Source of the DNA: Aulosira sp. ZfuVER01
GTDB lineage: Bacteria; Cyanobacteriota; Cyanobacteriia; Cyanobacteriales; Nostocaceae
DNA: 64,000 bases
NCBI GenBank assembly: GCA_034530615.2
Contig: JAVRCV020000023.1
Span: 35,173-99,172 of the forward strand
Reading direction: 5' to 3'
Within the stretch, counting starts at the first letter, position 1; the number at the start of each line of letters is the position of its first letter. Of the stretch, positions 1 to 11,489 are shown one piece after another. The notes below the pieces were generated by a model. That model made no database searches and had not been told where the DNA came from. It saw only the letters and a list, made by a program, of their open reading frames with translations. A program made the position numbers and the translations under genes.

Positions 1-744
1 CAAAAAGGGAATTATCCAGAGGCAGAAAATTATATCCAACAAGCCCTATCTAGCGAGCCAAATGAACCTTTAGCCTATGCGATGAAGGCATCTTTAGCAT
101 ATACAAATAAGGATTTAACCACACTAAACACATACAGCACAAAAACCTTAGAAATTGGACAAAAGTTGATTGCTAGCGATCCCTTACGGGGTAATTTATA
201 CACAGCAGTCGGTAACTTTTTAGAGGGAGCAGTAATTATCACCCGTGAGGGTACAGGCGGTGCAGCACAAGCTTTAGGTAAGCTGCGTCAAGTCTATCAA
301 TATTTAGATAAAGCAGAAGCAATTTCTGCCAACGATCCAGAACTAAACCTGATTAAAGGTTATATGGATTTGCTTTTAGCGGTGAATCTGCCTTTTAGTA
401 ACCCAGATGAAGCAATTCAACGTCTAGAAAAAAGCGCTGCTCCCCAGTATCTAGTAGATCGGGGTATTGCCATAGCCTATCGCGATTTAAAAAATTACTC
501 CCAAGCCTTGGATTATGCCAACCGTGCTTTAAAAGCAACATCTGATAACCCAGAAATATATTATCTCAAAGCCCAAATACTGCACGAACAAGGAAAAAGA
601 CAAAAAAGCCGACAAACAATCCAAGATGCGATCGCTCATTTTGACAAAGCCTTGAGCAAAAAATCCCAACTCCCAGCCGATTTAGTCAAACAAATTGAAC
701 ACGAACGCAACAGCGCTAACAATAGCCTCAAAAATTTAGGTTAG
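1..744 (+). CDS. TPR-repeat protein (Sll0314/Alr1548-like), 5' partial
   Basis: Frame is open from base 1; helical TPR-like segments (YSQALDYANRAL, PEIYYLKAQIL). Confidence 0.75.
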   Translation, partial: QKGNYPEAENYIQQALSSEPNEPLAYAMKASLAYTNKDLTTLNTYSTKTLEIGQKLIASDPLRGNLYTAVGNFLEGAVIITREGTGGAAQALGKLRQVYQYLDKAEAISANDPELNLIKGYMDLLLAVNLPFSNPDEAIQRLEKSAAPQYLVDRGIAIAYRDLKNYSQALDYANRALKATSDNPEIYYLKAQILHEQGKRQKSRQTIQDAIAHFDKALSKKSQLPADLVKQIEHERNSANNSLKNLG

Positions 745-760
745 TTATTTCTCCTCGTCT

Positions 761-808
761 CCCCACACTCCCCACACTCCCCACACTCCCCACACTCCCC
801 ACACTCCC
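761..808 (+). repeat. Short tandem repeat (CCCCACACT)x5, STRR-like
   Basis: Five perfect 9-bp units read directly. Confidence 0.9.
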
Positions 809-883
809 TTGTCCGCCCTTACTCCCAACCCCTATGCTGCTATGCTTGTTTTCAGAAAACAGTAACGGAGATATTTAACGGCA

Positions 884-1336
884 ATGCATATCCAGTTTCG
901 TGAATTTAATCCTTTTGATGTCTGGATTTGGCTCAAGTTCAGCACGATTCCTTCTGGGCGTGAAAAGCAGTATGTAGAAGAAGTTTTCAATTCCTGGTTT
1001 TATTTAGGTAAATTAGGTGCATTTAACGCCGAAAATCTCCAGGTGCAGGAAACCGGGCTGGATCTTAGCTACATGAATTACGATCCCCAAGGTTATGACA
1101 AAAGCTTATTGGCGCTCATGCATAACATGGGTGAATTTGAGTATGAAGGTGAATGGGCGCGTTGCTGGTTTGATTTGGGAACCAGTGATGCGATCGCTTT
1201 AGATATTTTAATTAACGCCATCACACAGCTTAGTGAAGAATATGTCACTGTTGAAGAATTGTATATCGGCGGTGAAAATGAAGATTGGCCTGTAGAAGAT
1301 AGCGACAGTCGTTCGTACTCTATCTACGATAATTAA
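884..1336 (+). CDS. Conserved cyanobacterial protein (DUF3531-like)
   Basis: MHIQFREFNPFDVWIWL, SWFYLGKLGAFNAENLQ and DLGTSDAIALDILIN motifs recognised. Confidence 0.75.
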   Translation: MHIQFREFNPFDVWIWLKFSTIPSGREKQYVEEVFNSWFYLGKLGAFNAENLQVQETGLDLSYMNYDPQGYDKSLLALMHNMGEFEYEGEWARCWFDLGTSDAIALDILINAITQLSEEYVTVEELYIGGENEDWPVEDSDSRSYSIYDN

Positions 1337-1353
1337 TTAGTTAAGTTACCAAA

Positions 1354-1785
1354 ATGAACAGATCAGGGGAAATAAGGGTTTTAGTCTTAGGACTGATTCG
1401 GGATGGCGAACGCATATTTGTTTCCGAAGGCTACGACCCTTTTCAGCAATCAATATTTTATCGCGCTCTGGGAGGTGGTGTTGAGTTTGGCGAACCTAGC
1501 ATTTTAGCTTTAGAACGAGAATTCCAAGAAGAAATTCAAGCAGACTTAACTAATATTCGTTATCTAGGTTGTATTGAAAACCTGTTTACATTTAATGGTA
1601 GGCAAGGTCACGAAATTATTCAACTCTACCAATGTGATTTTGCCGATCCCCAGTTTTATCAATTAGATAGCTTAATATTTTCCGAGTCAGAAAATCATAA
1701 ACATCGGGCACTGTGGATTGATATTGACAGATTTAAATCAGGAGAGTTAAGATTAGTGCCCGAAGAATTTTTCAATTATTTGTAA
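1354..1785 (+). CDS. NUDIX hydrolase
   Basis: Nudix box GGGVEFGE...ALEREFQEE. Confidence 0.85.
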   Translation: MNRSGEIRVLVLGLIRDGERIFVSEGYDPFQQSIFYRALGGGVEFGEPSILALEREFQEEIQADLTNIRYLGCIENLFTFNGRQGHEIIQLYQCDFADPQFYQLDSLIFSESENHKHRALWIDIDRFKSGELRLVPEEFFNYL

Positions 1786-2804
1786 AATTACTATCGCACA
1801 CCAACAAATATATATGTAATGTTAGGTTAGCACCAATTGCCGGGTATATTATTCTCATGTATCCAGCAACCAGAAATCATGCAGGTGTGTTGATAGTCTA
1901 CCCTGAATATAAAGAGCGATCGTCAGTGCAAAAGCGGAATTTTATTTCAGACAACAATTGATATATTTTCAAAATGTGTTTGATGAGCAATTCAAAATTC
2001 TGCTTAGTACCAATTTGCTATGAAGATAAATATTATTAGCCTGTGGCAATCTGAGTATTCTAGCGCCTGATGCTCTGCAATTTCAATGCAGACTAGTGCA
2101 TAGTCCTGGAAATAAATACTCAGTAGAAATATGCTAAAAACTTCACTATCAACTTTTATCTTATTCTGCCTTGCGACACTATCTTAATTCCGTATATATA
2201 CAACCTTTACCCCACCTTAAAGTAGTATTGCTATCACCCAATCTGAAGACTTTATTTGAAGTATTATATGAGCTTATATCAGCTTGTACTCTGCAACAGT
2301 TTACTTGCTAGTTGTTTAGATAAATTTTGAATGAAGTTTTGTAACATAAATAACAATTTACTAGATATTCAGTGCCTTAAAATAAACAGACTTGACAGTA
2401 TAACCTTAAGGAAATCTGGCGAAAGTAGGAGCCAAACAGCGTTTGTACCGATAAAAGTCCATCTCTTGTATATATACAATTCCATCTCAGGATACTGTGC
2501 ATTTTCATAACTAGAGATTTAGACTTAATATATAAGATTGGTATGTGGAATATAAGTAATTAGTAACTTTCAACGATACCATCTTTATAATTTCTTTGTT
2601 ATTTTGTATTTAACTGGACAGTTCTCCAGGGTGTGGTGCGTTTAAATAACCATTAGTTGCACCATTTGCCCGCAACTATCTTGCAAATTAGCATTTTGTA
2701 CTTGCCTGATTTATATTGCTAAGCACAATATAAATTGCCTAGCTAGAAAGCCTAGCCTCAGTTCAAATTGCTAATTAGTCCATCTACAACAAAACACCTG
2801 ACTT

Positions 2805-3170
2805 ATGAATATGATTAAAACCACAAATCGACCTATTATTCTCTCTGCTTTTGTTAGCCCTGCCAGCGAAAACGACCAATTTAATAGTCATCCCCAATTT
2901 GCTAAACCTAAATTTGATTTACTGCAACCACTACGCCAATGGCTCGATGAACTGGAAATCCAGAATCGTAAATTAGCGAAATTTATTGCTAAACTAATTC
3001 CGGCGCAGTGTCCCTTTGAGCGAGATGTGATGCTGTTTGGTCGCAAAATTGCCCACATCCCCCCCATGTGCAAGCTCAATCCACTTTACGATCAATTCGT
3101 TGGCTTGCGTTTTCGCGCTCTATGCTATTTAGTAGATAAATGTGGAGAAGATATTCAGTCTTATTGCTAA
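2805..3170 (+). CDS. Mo-dependent nitrogenase C-terminal domain-like protein
   Basis: IPAQCPFERD...HIPPMCKLNPLYDQFVGLRFRALCYL signature. Confidence 0.8.
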   Translation: MNMIKTTNRPIILSAFVSPASENDQFNSHPQFAKPKFDLLQPLRQWLDELEIQNRKLAKFIAKLIPAQCPFERDVMLFGRKIAHIPPMCKLNPLYDQFVGLRFRALCYLVDKCGEDIQSYC

Positions 3171-3189
3171 AACGTAGATAGATCGCGGC

Positions 3190-3462
3190 ATGGAAATTAA
3201 AATTGAGCATCAACCTAGCCAGGAACGCCTTAACCAGTTGGATGTAGAGAAATGGGGAATTTGGCAAAAAGAGGTTTCAAAATTTCCTTGGACTTATGAT
3301 ACTCAAGAAACTTGCTACTTTTTGGCAGGAGATGTTATTGTTACACCAGATGGTGGACAGCCAGTGCAAATGGGCAAAGGTGATTTAGTAATCTTTCCGG
3401 CTGGAATGTCCTGTATATGGGAAATTATCAGCGATGTCAAAAAACATTATTACTTTGATTAG
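3190..3462 (+). CDS. Cupin (DUF861/cupin_3) protein
   Basis: FPWTYDTQETCYFLAG...KGDLVIFPAG motif. Confidence 0.85.
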   Translation: MEIKIEHQPSQERLNQLDVEKWGIWQKEVSKFPWTYDTQETCYFLAGDVIVTPDGGQPVQMGKGDLVIFPAGMSCIWEIISDVKKHYYFD

Positions 3463-3527
3463 GCAATAAATCCAAGTGATAGCCGTTAACTCCTCACATT
3501 TATTTGCTAAATAAACATCTGATTACG

Positions 3528-4103
3528 TCAATTCTGATTTAAATTGTATGGGGGTTCGCAACGATTGTTATAAGATAAAGTAGCGGAATCTGTAAATTGC
3601 TTATATCCGTATCTCTCAAAACTCGTTGCAACTCCATCACCTAAACAATATTCGTAAGAGTACATGGTTTCATTTCCGCCAAATTTAGCAGACAGTTCCT
3701 TCCAGATTGGTGGTTGATACCCAAATATATAGTTATAAAACTTTGACGCTTCAGCTTTATCGTAATTGTAGCTGCCTGGATACGCAAAAAAATCTCCGTT
3801 GAAGTCTAAGCTGATGGATTTTGCTTGATTATTCATAAAAGTAATAGAAAAATCACTTTTAGGAAACTGGGGAAATAGTCGTCGGAAGCTTTTGGGAGCG
3901 TAAGTATAGATAACTTGCTCACCGTTGGTTTTTTTGCTAGTGTAACGCCCAAAATGTTGTTCAATCGTTTCGGGTGTTTGATTCAAAATATAACGTCCAG
4001 CCCAAGCAGGAAGAGTGATAAAACTGTTGAGGAGCAGAAATCCCACAGTTAACCCGGTAAAAGTTTGGTAGAAATGGCACAATTTCATCGTCATTACCTC
4101 CAC
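3528..4103 (-). CDS. Hypothetical secreted protein
   Basis: N-terminal hydrophobic segment ending AWA; no family recognised. Confidence 0.6.
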   Translation of the reverse strand: MEVMTMKLCHFYQTFTGLTVGFLLLNSFITLPAWAGRYILNQTPETIEQHFGRYTSKKTNGEQVIYTYAPKSFRRLFPQFPKSDFSITFMNNQAKSISLDFNGDFFAYPGSYNYDKAEASKFYNYIFGYQPPIWKELSAKFGGNETMYSYEYCLGDGVATSFERYGYKQFTDSATLSYNNRCEPPYNLNQN

Positions 4104-4214
4104 CTCCCAGCCAGGGAGTTCATAATCGTTTAATGGGAGGCTTATTATTCATGATGCTACTTAGTAGAAAAATGTTGCTTCCCACAGCAATTCTCATGAG
4201 GATATTGACGAGAA

Positions 4215-4961
4215 ATGTTACTACATTTGAGTACCTGGCCTGAAGTTGAAGCTTATCTACAGCAGTCTAGAGGTATTATTCTTCCTATTGGTTCCACAGA
4301 GCAACATGGCCCTACAGGGTTAATTGGTACAGATGCAATTTGTGCAGAAGCGATCGCTCGTGGTGTAGGTGAAGCAAGCCAAGCGATGGTAGGGCCGACA
4401 ATCAATGTGGGCATGGCACTACATCACACCGCCTTTCCCGGTACTATAAGTCTGCGTCCCAGTACTTTAATTCAGTTAGTCCGAGATTATGTAACTTGTT
4501 TAAGTAAAGCAGGTTTTAGCAAGTTCTACTTTATCAACGGACACGGTGGCAATATCGCTACCCTCAAAGCAGCTTTCTCTGAAACTTATGCGCACTTAGA
4601 AGATTTGCAAATTGCTAATGCCAACAGAGTGCAATGCCAAGTTGCTAATTGGTTTATGTGCAGTTCCGTATACAAACTCGCTAAAGAATTATATGGGGAT
4701 CAGGAAGGCTCCCATGCCACACCTAGCGAAGTAGCTGTTACACAGTATGTCTATCCAGAGGCGATTAAGCAAGCACCTCTTTCACCTGAAGTAGAGAAAG
4801 GACACAGTATTTATAGTGCAGCTGACTTTCGCCTGCGTTACCCCGATGGACGCATGGGATCAAATCCTGCTTTGGCTACCCCAGAACACGGTAAGCAGTT
4901 TTACGATTCGGCGGTGAAGGAACTCAGCAACGGTTATTTAGAATTTTTAAACGCAGAATAG
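4215..4961 (+). CDS. Creatininase family amidohydrolase
   Basis: PIGSTEQHG, D, NGHGGN and HA..E motifs. Confidence 0.9.
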   Translation: MLLHLSTWPEVEAYLQQSRGIILPIGSTEQHGPTGLIGTDAICAEAIARGVGEASQAMVGPTINVGMALHHTAFPGTISLRPSTLIQLVRDYVTCLSKAGFSKFYFINGHGGNIATLKAAFSETYAHLEDLQIANANRVQCQVANWFMCSSVYKLAKELYGDQEGSHATPSEVAVTQYVYPEAIKQAPLSPEVEKGHSIYSAADFRLRYPDGRMGSNPALATPEHGKQFYDSAVKELSNGYLEFLNAE

Positions 4962-5555
4962 CCGTTTCGCAAAAATATCTAAATGTTAGGGTGCGTTATG
5001 GCGGAAGCGATCGCGCACCACCAATAGCCGATGCTGACTTTACAAGCTTTCTCGTCCCTAGCGTCATGACAAAGATAGTTATTGGAGAATCAAAAGAATT
5101 GGTGATAAGATTGAAAAGCAGTAAGCCTGCCCATAAAGAGTAGTAGCTTTGATACTTTTTTAGGTAGGAAACTAGACTAAAATGCTTTAGACGGCTTGAA
5201 GAAAATTTATGAGAAGCTAGGGAAGAGTTAATTAGTAACTGACGTGATAACTCAAGATAGCTACCATAAACCGCAAGTCAAACTAAATTGACGAAAAGGG
5301 TATACTTATAGGAGTGTATTTTCTTTAGGGAAGCGCTTTTTCCAAAAAAGCTATTTTTGTTGACCGTTAACTAGCGTATTCATCATTCATATCACAAGAA
5401 CTCAAATATAATAAAGCTCATGCCAATTATCCGATAAGCGGTAATTTGCTTTTGTTATAGAAAAAAGATAATTTAGGTGTTAATCACAAGTTCAATTGTT
5501 TACCCAAGCGAGACTAATGTGGTGACTTTTACGGGAGGGTAAGGAGATTTGAGGG

Positions 5556-7280
5556 ATGCAAACTCAAAAGTTAATCCCTGTTGACAGCAGTTCAGAAAGC
5601 AAAACAGTGCCAGCGGAAGAGCCATCGACAGACGAACTCCCAACCATTGAGTTCCCCTCACGAGGGAAACTCAAAGCTAGTTCCTGGCGCATACATCAAA
5701 AAATTGGTTATGGATATTTTGTAGCCATTGGAATTGGTTTTTTTGGCTCACTCACTGGTTTGGTAATTGCGAACTATTACCGGGGAAGAGAAATTAAACA
5801 ATTAAGTCAAGCTCATCAGCAAGGACAATTACTGAGTAACTATAAAGATGCAGTCATCGGGGCACAATTATATAGCTCTAATTTAGTTTCAGTATTAGAA
5901 AATCCCAAACGGTTGCAAACTAAAAAAAACGAATTTATCAAAAGTGTTGATAAGGCTAAACAATTAGAATCAGAAATTACTGATTTTATAGATAGAAATC
6001 CTAAAAGATTAGCAGCACACAGCACCACTTTAGTAGCTTTATTGCAAGATTATACAACTAGCTTAGAGTCTTATGTAAAGCAAATAGAGTCTGTATTGCA
6101 GCAAATTGAAAATCAGCAAGTGCAGACACAGAAAGTTGCTTCAACACGCGAGCAGTTACTAAAAATTATGCGTGGCGAAACAGCTATGCGATTGGAGCAG
6201 CTTTCAGAAACCCTGAGTAACATTTTACAATATGCTGAATTTCAAGAACAGGAAAGAACTCAAGGTGTAGAGCAGGCAAAAGGAGTAGAGAGATTAATCG
6301 TCATCATGAGTATGCTGGTGTCTGTGGCGATCGCAGCCATTGTAGCTTGGCGTACTAGTCGGGCGATCGCAGAACCAGTTATCACCGTTACCCAAGTGGC
6401 TGAACAAGTAGCCAGAAAATCTAATTTTGATTTACGCGCACCTGTCACCACCGAAGATGAAATTGGCTTATTAGCTAAATCTCTAAATCGTCTAATTGAA
6501 AGGGTATCTGAACGGACTAAAGAACTACAACAAGCGAAAGAATTAGCCGAAGCTGCTAGCAAAGCCAAAAGCATATTTCTTGCAAATGTCAGTCACGAAT
6601 TACGCACACCTTTAAATGCAGTGATTGGCTTAAGTCAACTGCTACAAGATGATGCAACAGATTTAGGTTTATCGGGAGATTTTATCACCGACTTAGAAAC
6701 AATTAACTCTGCTGGCAGACATTTACTAGAACTAATTAATGACATCCTCGACTTATCAAAAATTGAAGCGGGGAAAATGACTCTCTACCCAGAGACATTT
6801 GAGATTGCAACACTAATTAATAATGTTGTGCTCACAGTTAAATCGGCTGTAGAGAAAAACGGCAATATCTTAGAAGTAGATTGTGACGAACAACTGGGTA
6901 CGATGTATGCCGATCAAACAAGGATGCGGCAAGTATTGTTAAACTTACTCAGCAATGCTGCCAAATTTACGACAAACGGCAAAGTAACGCTCACAGTTAA
7001 GAGCGAAAAAGGAGATTTATTACAGACATCTCCTTTTGGGTTCATTACCTTCACTGTGAATGATACAGGAATTGGAATGTCACAAAGTCAGCAAAAGCAG
7101 TTATTTCAACCTTTTATCCAAGGAGATACATCGACTACGAAGAAGTATGGTGGTACAGGTTTAGGGTTGGCAATTAGCCGCCACTTTTGCCAGATGATGG
7201 GTGGTGAAATTATTGTCAAAAGTCAGATGGGAGTAGGTTCTACTTTTACGGTTCGCTTGCCATTGACTGTGCAAGAATAA
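5556..7280 (+). CDS. Membrane sensor histidine kinase (HAMP-HisKA-HATPase)
   Basis: Two TM segments, [18 protein letters not shown]-box, [22 protein letters not shown]. Confidence 0.95.
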   Translation: MQTQKLIPVDSSSESKTVPAEEPSTDELPTIEFPSRGKLKASSWRIHQKIGYGYFVAIGIGFFGSLTGLVIANYYRGREIKQLSQAHQQGQLLSNYKDAVIGAQLYSSNLVSVLENPKRLQTKKNEFIKSVDKAKQLESEITDFIDRNPKRLAAHSTTLVALLQDYTTSLESYVKQIESVLQQIENQQVQTQKVASTREQLLKIMRGETAMRLEQLSETLSNILQYAEFQEQERTQGVEQAKGVERLIVIMSMLVSVAIAAIVAWRTSRAIAEPVITVTQVAEQVARKSNFDLRAPVTTEDEIGLLAKSLNRLIERVSERTKELQQAKELAEAASKAKSIFLANVSHELRTPLNAVIGLSQLLQDDATDLGLSGDFITDLETINSAGRHLLELINDILDLSKIEAGKMTLYPETFEIATLINNVVLTVKSAVEKNGNILEVDCDEQLGTMYADQTRMRQVLLNLLSNAAKFTTNGKVTLTVKSEKGDLLQTSPFGFITFTVNDTGIGMSQSQQKQLFQPFIQGDTSTTKKYGGTGLGLAISRHFCQMMGGEIIVKSQMGVGSTFTVRLPLTVQE

Positions 7281-7468
7281 GTTGCGAAACTCCACCGCGC
7301 TAGAATTTTGGGGCTAGACAAACAAAAGTTTTTGCTGTTTGCAAGATAGTTGAGAGCGATCGCATTATCAATCATGATGTTATAATTGCCTGGGATATGT
7401 TTTTGCATTTCCGATAATTCACAGGTTTGAGATAAAGACAAGATACTTTCATCTGTGAATCAATACCT

Positions 7469-7553
7469 GGAGAGGTGTCCGAGTGGTTGATGGTGACGCA
7501 CTCGAAATGCGTTTTGGGGCAACCCAACGGGGGTTCGAATCCCCCCCTCTCCG
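7469..7553 (+). tRNA. tRNA-Ser(CGA)
   Basis: GGAGAGG/CCTCTCC acceptor stem, anticodon loop CT-CGA-AA, long variable arm, GGTTCGAATCC T arm. Confidence 0.95.
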
Positions 7554-7555
7554 TT

Positions 7556-7681
7556 TCAAATGGTATTCATCAACTCCCGAAACCATTTATCCGCATAAAC
7601 TGTATTGCGCTGTCTCAAACAAGAGTGAGCAGTATCAATTTCTGAATTTGCAGTCTGATTTACCCTAACTTGAAATGCCAT
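7556..7681 (-). pseudogene. Truncated ParE/RelE-like toxin (41 aa N-terminal fragment)
   Basis: MAFQVRVNQTANSEIDTAHSCLRQRNTVYADKWFRELMNTI*; overlaps the antitoxin 3' end and stops 3 bp from the tRNA. Confidence 0.65.
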
Positions 7682-7955
7682 ACTTCTGCTGCATTTCTTG
7701 CTCAAATTTGGTTAGGGTAGTAGTTCTACCCGCCTCTACATCTTCAAGTCCTTGCTTAATTGAGGCGATGGCTTCTAATCTTTCTAAGGTATCCAGCAGT
7801 TTTTGATAAGACTCTGCATCCTGAAGCACAAGTTCAGCTTTACCATTAACTGTCAGCACTACGGGTTTTCCTGTCTGCTTCATCTATTGTAGGAATTCCA
7901 ACGTATTGTGTTTAAAGCTAGAGAGTGAGTGAATGTCTCGACTAATGTTTAACAT
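7665..7955 (-). pseudogene. Phd/YefM antitoxin with in-frame TAG at codon 24
   Basis: MLNISRDIHSLSSFKHNTLEFLQ*MKQTGKPVVLTVNGKAELV; typical Phd N-terminus interrupted by a stop at 7884-7886. Confidence 0.8.
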
Positions 7956-7967
7956 AGAGTTGATTCT

Positions 7968-7994
7968 GCATTAAACTTGCACTTAATTTAATGC
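7968..7994. promoter_or_regulatory. Inverted repeat, probable TA autoregulatory operator
   Basis: GCATTAAA-N11-TTTAATGC just upstream of the antitoxin start. Confidence 0.55.
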
Positions 7995-8119
7995 TATCTC
8001 GAAGGCTTCCGTCTACTAGAAATTTGTCTGTTCAGGCAGGCAGTACCGCGTTTTACTTGAGAAAAATCACACATCGCGCTAGTCTTCATTAGCAAAACTG
8101 CACGCTGTGACATTTGGTA

Positions 8120-10537
8120 ATGACAAATCAAACCCCCCTGCAAATCCCTACTTGCACTTGGAGTCGTCCCATTGGTCTTGGTTGGGACAAGCCCTACACT
8201 GTCCGCTACGCTAGTAATATTGATGACGGCCCTTGGCATGGTATGCCTTTAGGTGGCTTTGGTGCAGGTTGCATCGGTCATTCTTCAAGGGGAGACTTTA
8301 ATCTCTGGCACATTGACGGGGGAGAGCATACTTTTAAAAATATCCCCGCCTGTCAGTTCAGTGTGTTTGAGTCTCATGGCACATCTTCCCAAGCTTATGC
8401 TTTATCTACCCAACTACCTGAGGATGCTACTCTCAATGCTTGGCAATGGTATCCAATTAGCCAAGAAGCAAGTGAGATTTCCCACACGGGTACTTATCAC
8501 GCACTATATCCTCGCAGTTGGTTTGTCTACGAAAATGTATTGCAAGCACAGTTAACCTGTGAGCAGTTTTCCCCTATCTGGGCAAATAACTATCAAGAAA
8601 CTAGTTACCCAGTGGCGATATTTCTCTGGAATGCCCATAATCCAACGAATGCACCTATCACTCTTAGTATCATGCTCACCTGGGAGAATATGGTGGGCTG
8701 GTTTACAAATGCTTTGAAATCCCCAGAGGTGAAGATTAGGGATGATGGTAGCCCGGTGTATGAGTATCAGCCACTTTTGGGCAAGAGTCAAGGTAATTAC
8801 AACCAATTAGTGGAAAATGACCAATACATTGGTTGTTTTTTATCTCGGGTTAAGAGTGATGCACCTGCGCAGGAAGGTGATGGTAGCTGGTGTATCGCCA
8901 CCCTAAAACATCCCCAGGTAGAAGTATTTCATCACACTAGATGGAATTCAGCTGGTACTGGTAATGAGTTGTGGCAAAGCTTTGCTCGTGATGGTTCGTT
9001 GTCCAATTACGTTGATGCAACTCCAGCACCAGATAATACACAAATAGGAGCAGCGATCGCACTCCGCTTCACCCTGCAACCAGGAGAATCTCTAGAAATT
9101 CCCTTCGTATTAGCTTGGGATTTTCCAGTAACAGAATTTGCAGCCGGAGTTAACTATTACCGCAGATATACAGATTTTTTTGGGCAAGATGGTAATAATG
9201 CTTGGGCGATCGCATCTACTGCTTTAGCTGAATACCAAAATTGGCGATCGCAGATTCAAAGTTGGCAACAACCCATCCTCGACCGGGAGGATTTACCCGC
9301 TTGGTTTAAGATGGCTTTATTTAACGAGCTTTATGACCTCACCAGTGGTGGTACTCTCTGGAGTGCTGCATCAAAACTCGACCCCATAGGTCAGTTTGCG
9401 GTGCTGGAGTGCTTAGATTACCGCTGGTATGAAAGTTTAGATGTGCGTTTGTATGGTTCTTTCGCCTTGCTAATCTTGTTTCCTGAACTGGAAAAATCAG
9501 TGATGCGGGCTTTTGCACGGGCAATTCCCCAAAGTGACGATCGCCAACGTGTTATTGGCTATTACTACACAATTGGCGCAGACACTACCACCGCCGTCCG
9601 CAAAGTCGCAGGCGCAACACCCCACGATTTAGGCGCACCCAATGAACACGTCTGGGAGAAAACCAACTACACCTGCTACCAAGACTGTAATTTATGGAAG
9701 GATTTAGGCAGTGATTTTGTACTGCAAGTATACCGAGATTTTCTGCTCACGGGTGCTGATGATGTGCAATTCCTAGCAGATTGCTGGGATGCGATTGTTC
9801 AAACCCTCGACTACCTGAAAACTTTCGATCTAGATGGCGATGGGATTCCAGAGAATTCTGGTGCGCCCGATCAAACTTTTGATGATTGGCGACTGCAAGG
9901 TGTGAGTGCATATTGCGGCGGGTTGTGGTTGGCAGCTTTAGAAGCTGCGATCGCAATTAGCGATATTTTACTCGAGGCAAACCTTGTAAACCTTGGGGAC
10001 TTAGTAGTACAAAAAGCTATCTATCAAGCTTGGTTGCAACAATCTCGCCCGATCTACGAAGAAAAACTTTGGAATGGGCAATATTACCGCCTAGATAGTG
10101 AGAGTGGTTCTGATGTGGTGATGGCGGATCAGTTGTGCGGACAATTTTATGCACGATTGTTGGGATTACCGGATATTGTAGATAGCGATCGCGCTTTATC
10201 TGCACTAAAAACTGTTTATGAGGCTTGCTTTCTCAAGTTCCAAAATGGTCAGTTCGGTGCTGCAAACGGTGTTCTTCCCGACGGTTCCCCAGAAAATCCT
10301 AAAGCTACTCACCCTCTGGAAGTCTGGACAGGTATCAACTTTGGACTAGCAGCTTTTCTTGTACAGATGGGAATGCAGGATGAAGCATTGCGCTTAACAC
10401 AAGCTGTAGTGCAGCAAGTCTACGATAACGGGTTACAATTCCGCACACCCGAAGCCATCACCGCATCTGGGACTTTTCGTGCCAGTACCTACCTGCGGGC
10501 AATGGCTATTTGGGCAATTTACTTAGTTATTGGTTAA
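8120..10537 (+). CDS. GH116 beta-glucosidase / glucosylceramidase-like
   Basis: GMPLGGFGAG, ECLDYRWYESLDVRLY, PDQTFDDW, EVWTG, FRTPEA and YLRAMAIW motifs. Confidence 0.9.
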   Translation: MTNQTPLQIPTCTWSRPIGLGWDKPYTVRYASNIDDGPWHGMPLGGFGAGCIGHSSRGDFNLWHIDGGEHTFKNIPACQFSVFESHGTSSQAYALSTQLPEDATLNAWQWYPISQEASEISHTGTYHALYPRSWFVYENVLQAQLTCEQFSPIWANNYQETSYPVAIFLWNAHNPTNAPITLSIMLTWENMVGWFTNALKSPEVKIRDDGSPVYEYQPLLGKSQGNYNQLVENDQYIGCFLSRVKSDAPAQEGDGSWCIATLKHPQVEVFHHTRWNSAGTGNELWQSFARDGSLSNYVDATPAPDNTQIGAAIALRFTLQPGESLEIPFVLAWDFPVTEFAAGVNYYRRYTDFFGQDGNNAWAIASTALAEYQNWRSQIQSWQQPILDREDLPAWFKMALFNELYDLTSGGTLWSAASKLDPIGQFAVLECLDYRWYESLDVRLYGSFALLILFPELEKSVMRAFARAIPQSDDRQRVIGYYYTIGADTTTAVRKVAGATPHDLGAPNEHVWEKTNYTCYQDCNLWKDLGSDFVLQVYRDFLLTGADDVQFLADCWDAIVQTLDYLKTFDLDGDGIPENSGAPDQTFDDWRLQGVSAYCGGLWLAALEAAIAISDILLEANLVNLGDLVVQKAIYQAWLQQSRPIYEEKLWNGQYYRLDSESGSDVVMADQLCGQFYARLLGLPDIVDSDRALSALKTVYEACFLKFQNGQFGAANGVLPDGSPENPKATHPLEVWTGINFGLAAFLVQMGMQDEALRLTQAVVQQVYDNGLQFRTPEAITASGTFRASTYLRAMAIWAIYLVIG

Positions 10538-10538
10538 T

Positions 10539-10570
10539 TGGGCATGGGGCATGGGGCATGGGGTATTGGG
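10539..10570 (+). repeat. STRR heptamer repeat (GGGCATG)n
   Basis: Tandem GGGCATG units after the GH116 stop. Confidence 0.8.
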
Positions 10571-10615
10571 CAAGAGCCAAGAGTCAAAGGTCAATAGTTA
10601 TTTCTCCCTTGTCTC

Positions 10616-10671
10616 CCCTTCGGGTTCGCAGTCGCCTGCGGAGGGAAACCCTCCCGCAGCGCTGTCTCACC
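10616..10671. repeat. Small dispersed structured repeat (SDR5-like) within CCTTGTCTCC-type repeats
   Basis: CCCTTCGGG and GCGGAGGGAAACCCTCCCGC hairpins; the inner hairpin is shared with 42057-42071. Confidence 0.55.
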
Positions 10672-11050
10672 TTGTCTTCCTTGCCCCATTTCTCCCCGCA
10701 CTCCCTTGTCCCCCTCATCCCCATCCTTTTGATTAACTAATCTGAAAATTGCAACCAAATATACATACAAATAAAAATATACGTTCTATTATTTTCATTT
10801 TGCCACTTACTTTACTTGTAGCTTAGACAATAAGTATTTATATCTGTGATTTTATTTTCCGGGTGTTTTAAAATTAAAGGGAAAAGGTAAGTAATACTAA
10901 GAAAGATGCTAAAGGTTGAAACCTCAAGTCTAGTGTTTTCAAAGTATCCAGCATCTCTATCTCTAGCCATTCAGAGGACTAATCTCACAAATTTTATGTT
11001 CATCATTAACAATTTTTACTTGCTCAAAAAATCATTTTTATTAGGTTTCT

Positions 11051-11064
11051 GTAAAAATCAATAC
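11051..11064. promoter_or_regulatory. Candidate NtcA box
   Basis: tGTA-aaaatcaa-TAC (GTA-N8-TAC) about 430 bp upstream of the hetC-like stump; short motif in AT-rich DNA. Confidence 0.3.
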
Positions 11065-11489
11065 TATAAATGCAGATTTTTGATATGAAAATTTTCCACA
11101 TTCCTGTAAGATAAAATTTTCATACTTCATCCTATGTGACTGCAAATACAGATAAAAGACTGTGAAATCAATACTTACTGATTCAGGAGTAAGTTCAATT
11201 TATATTGATGACCGTAGTCTAAGTTGTATAGGAAGCGATCGACAGTTGATTAGAACGCTGTTGAAAGCATACATAGGTTGCGATCGGAATTTTTTCTCAA
11301 CTTTCACTTATGAAAAGCCACTGAAAAATGATAACTGAGCAATTGGTGATTAATAACACAAGTAATTGCATTTTGCAGAGGCTGCTGGAATGAGCAAATC
11401 CTAACCTTGAAAGAATTAACAACTTTTTGTACTCTAAGTACTCGCCTCATTAAAGTTAACTAAATTACTCAAAAAACTAAAATTTAGCC

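Noticed and set aside
2405..2460. GAAA-loop segment resembling a c-di-GMP-I riboswitch
   Set aside because: The stem is weak and the conserved GCAAA and second-stem elements do not match
2805..3170. Nitrogenase gene
   Set aside because: Only a small, misleadingly named domain; no nif genes in the window
7483..7668. 61-aa ORF
   Set aside because: Overlaps tRNA-Ser and is antisense to the toxin remnant
10510..10740. Two short ORFs after GH116
   Set aside because: Translations of STRR/SDR repeats
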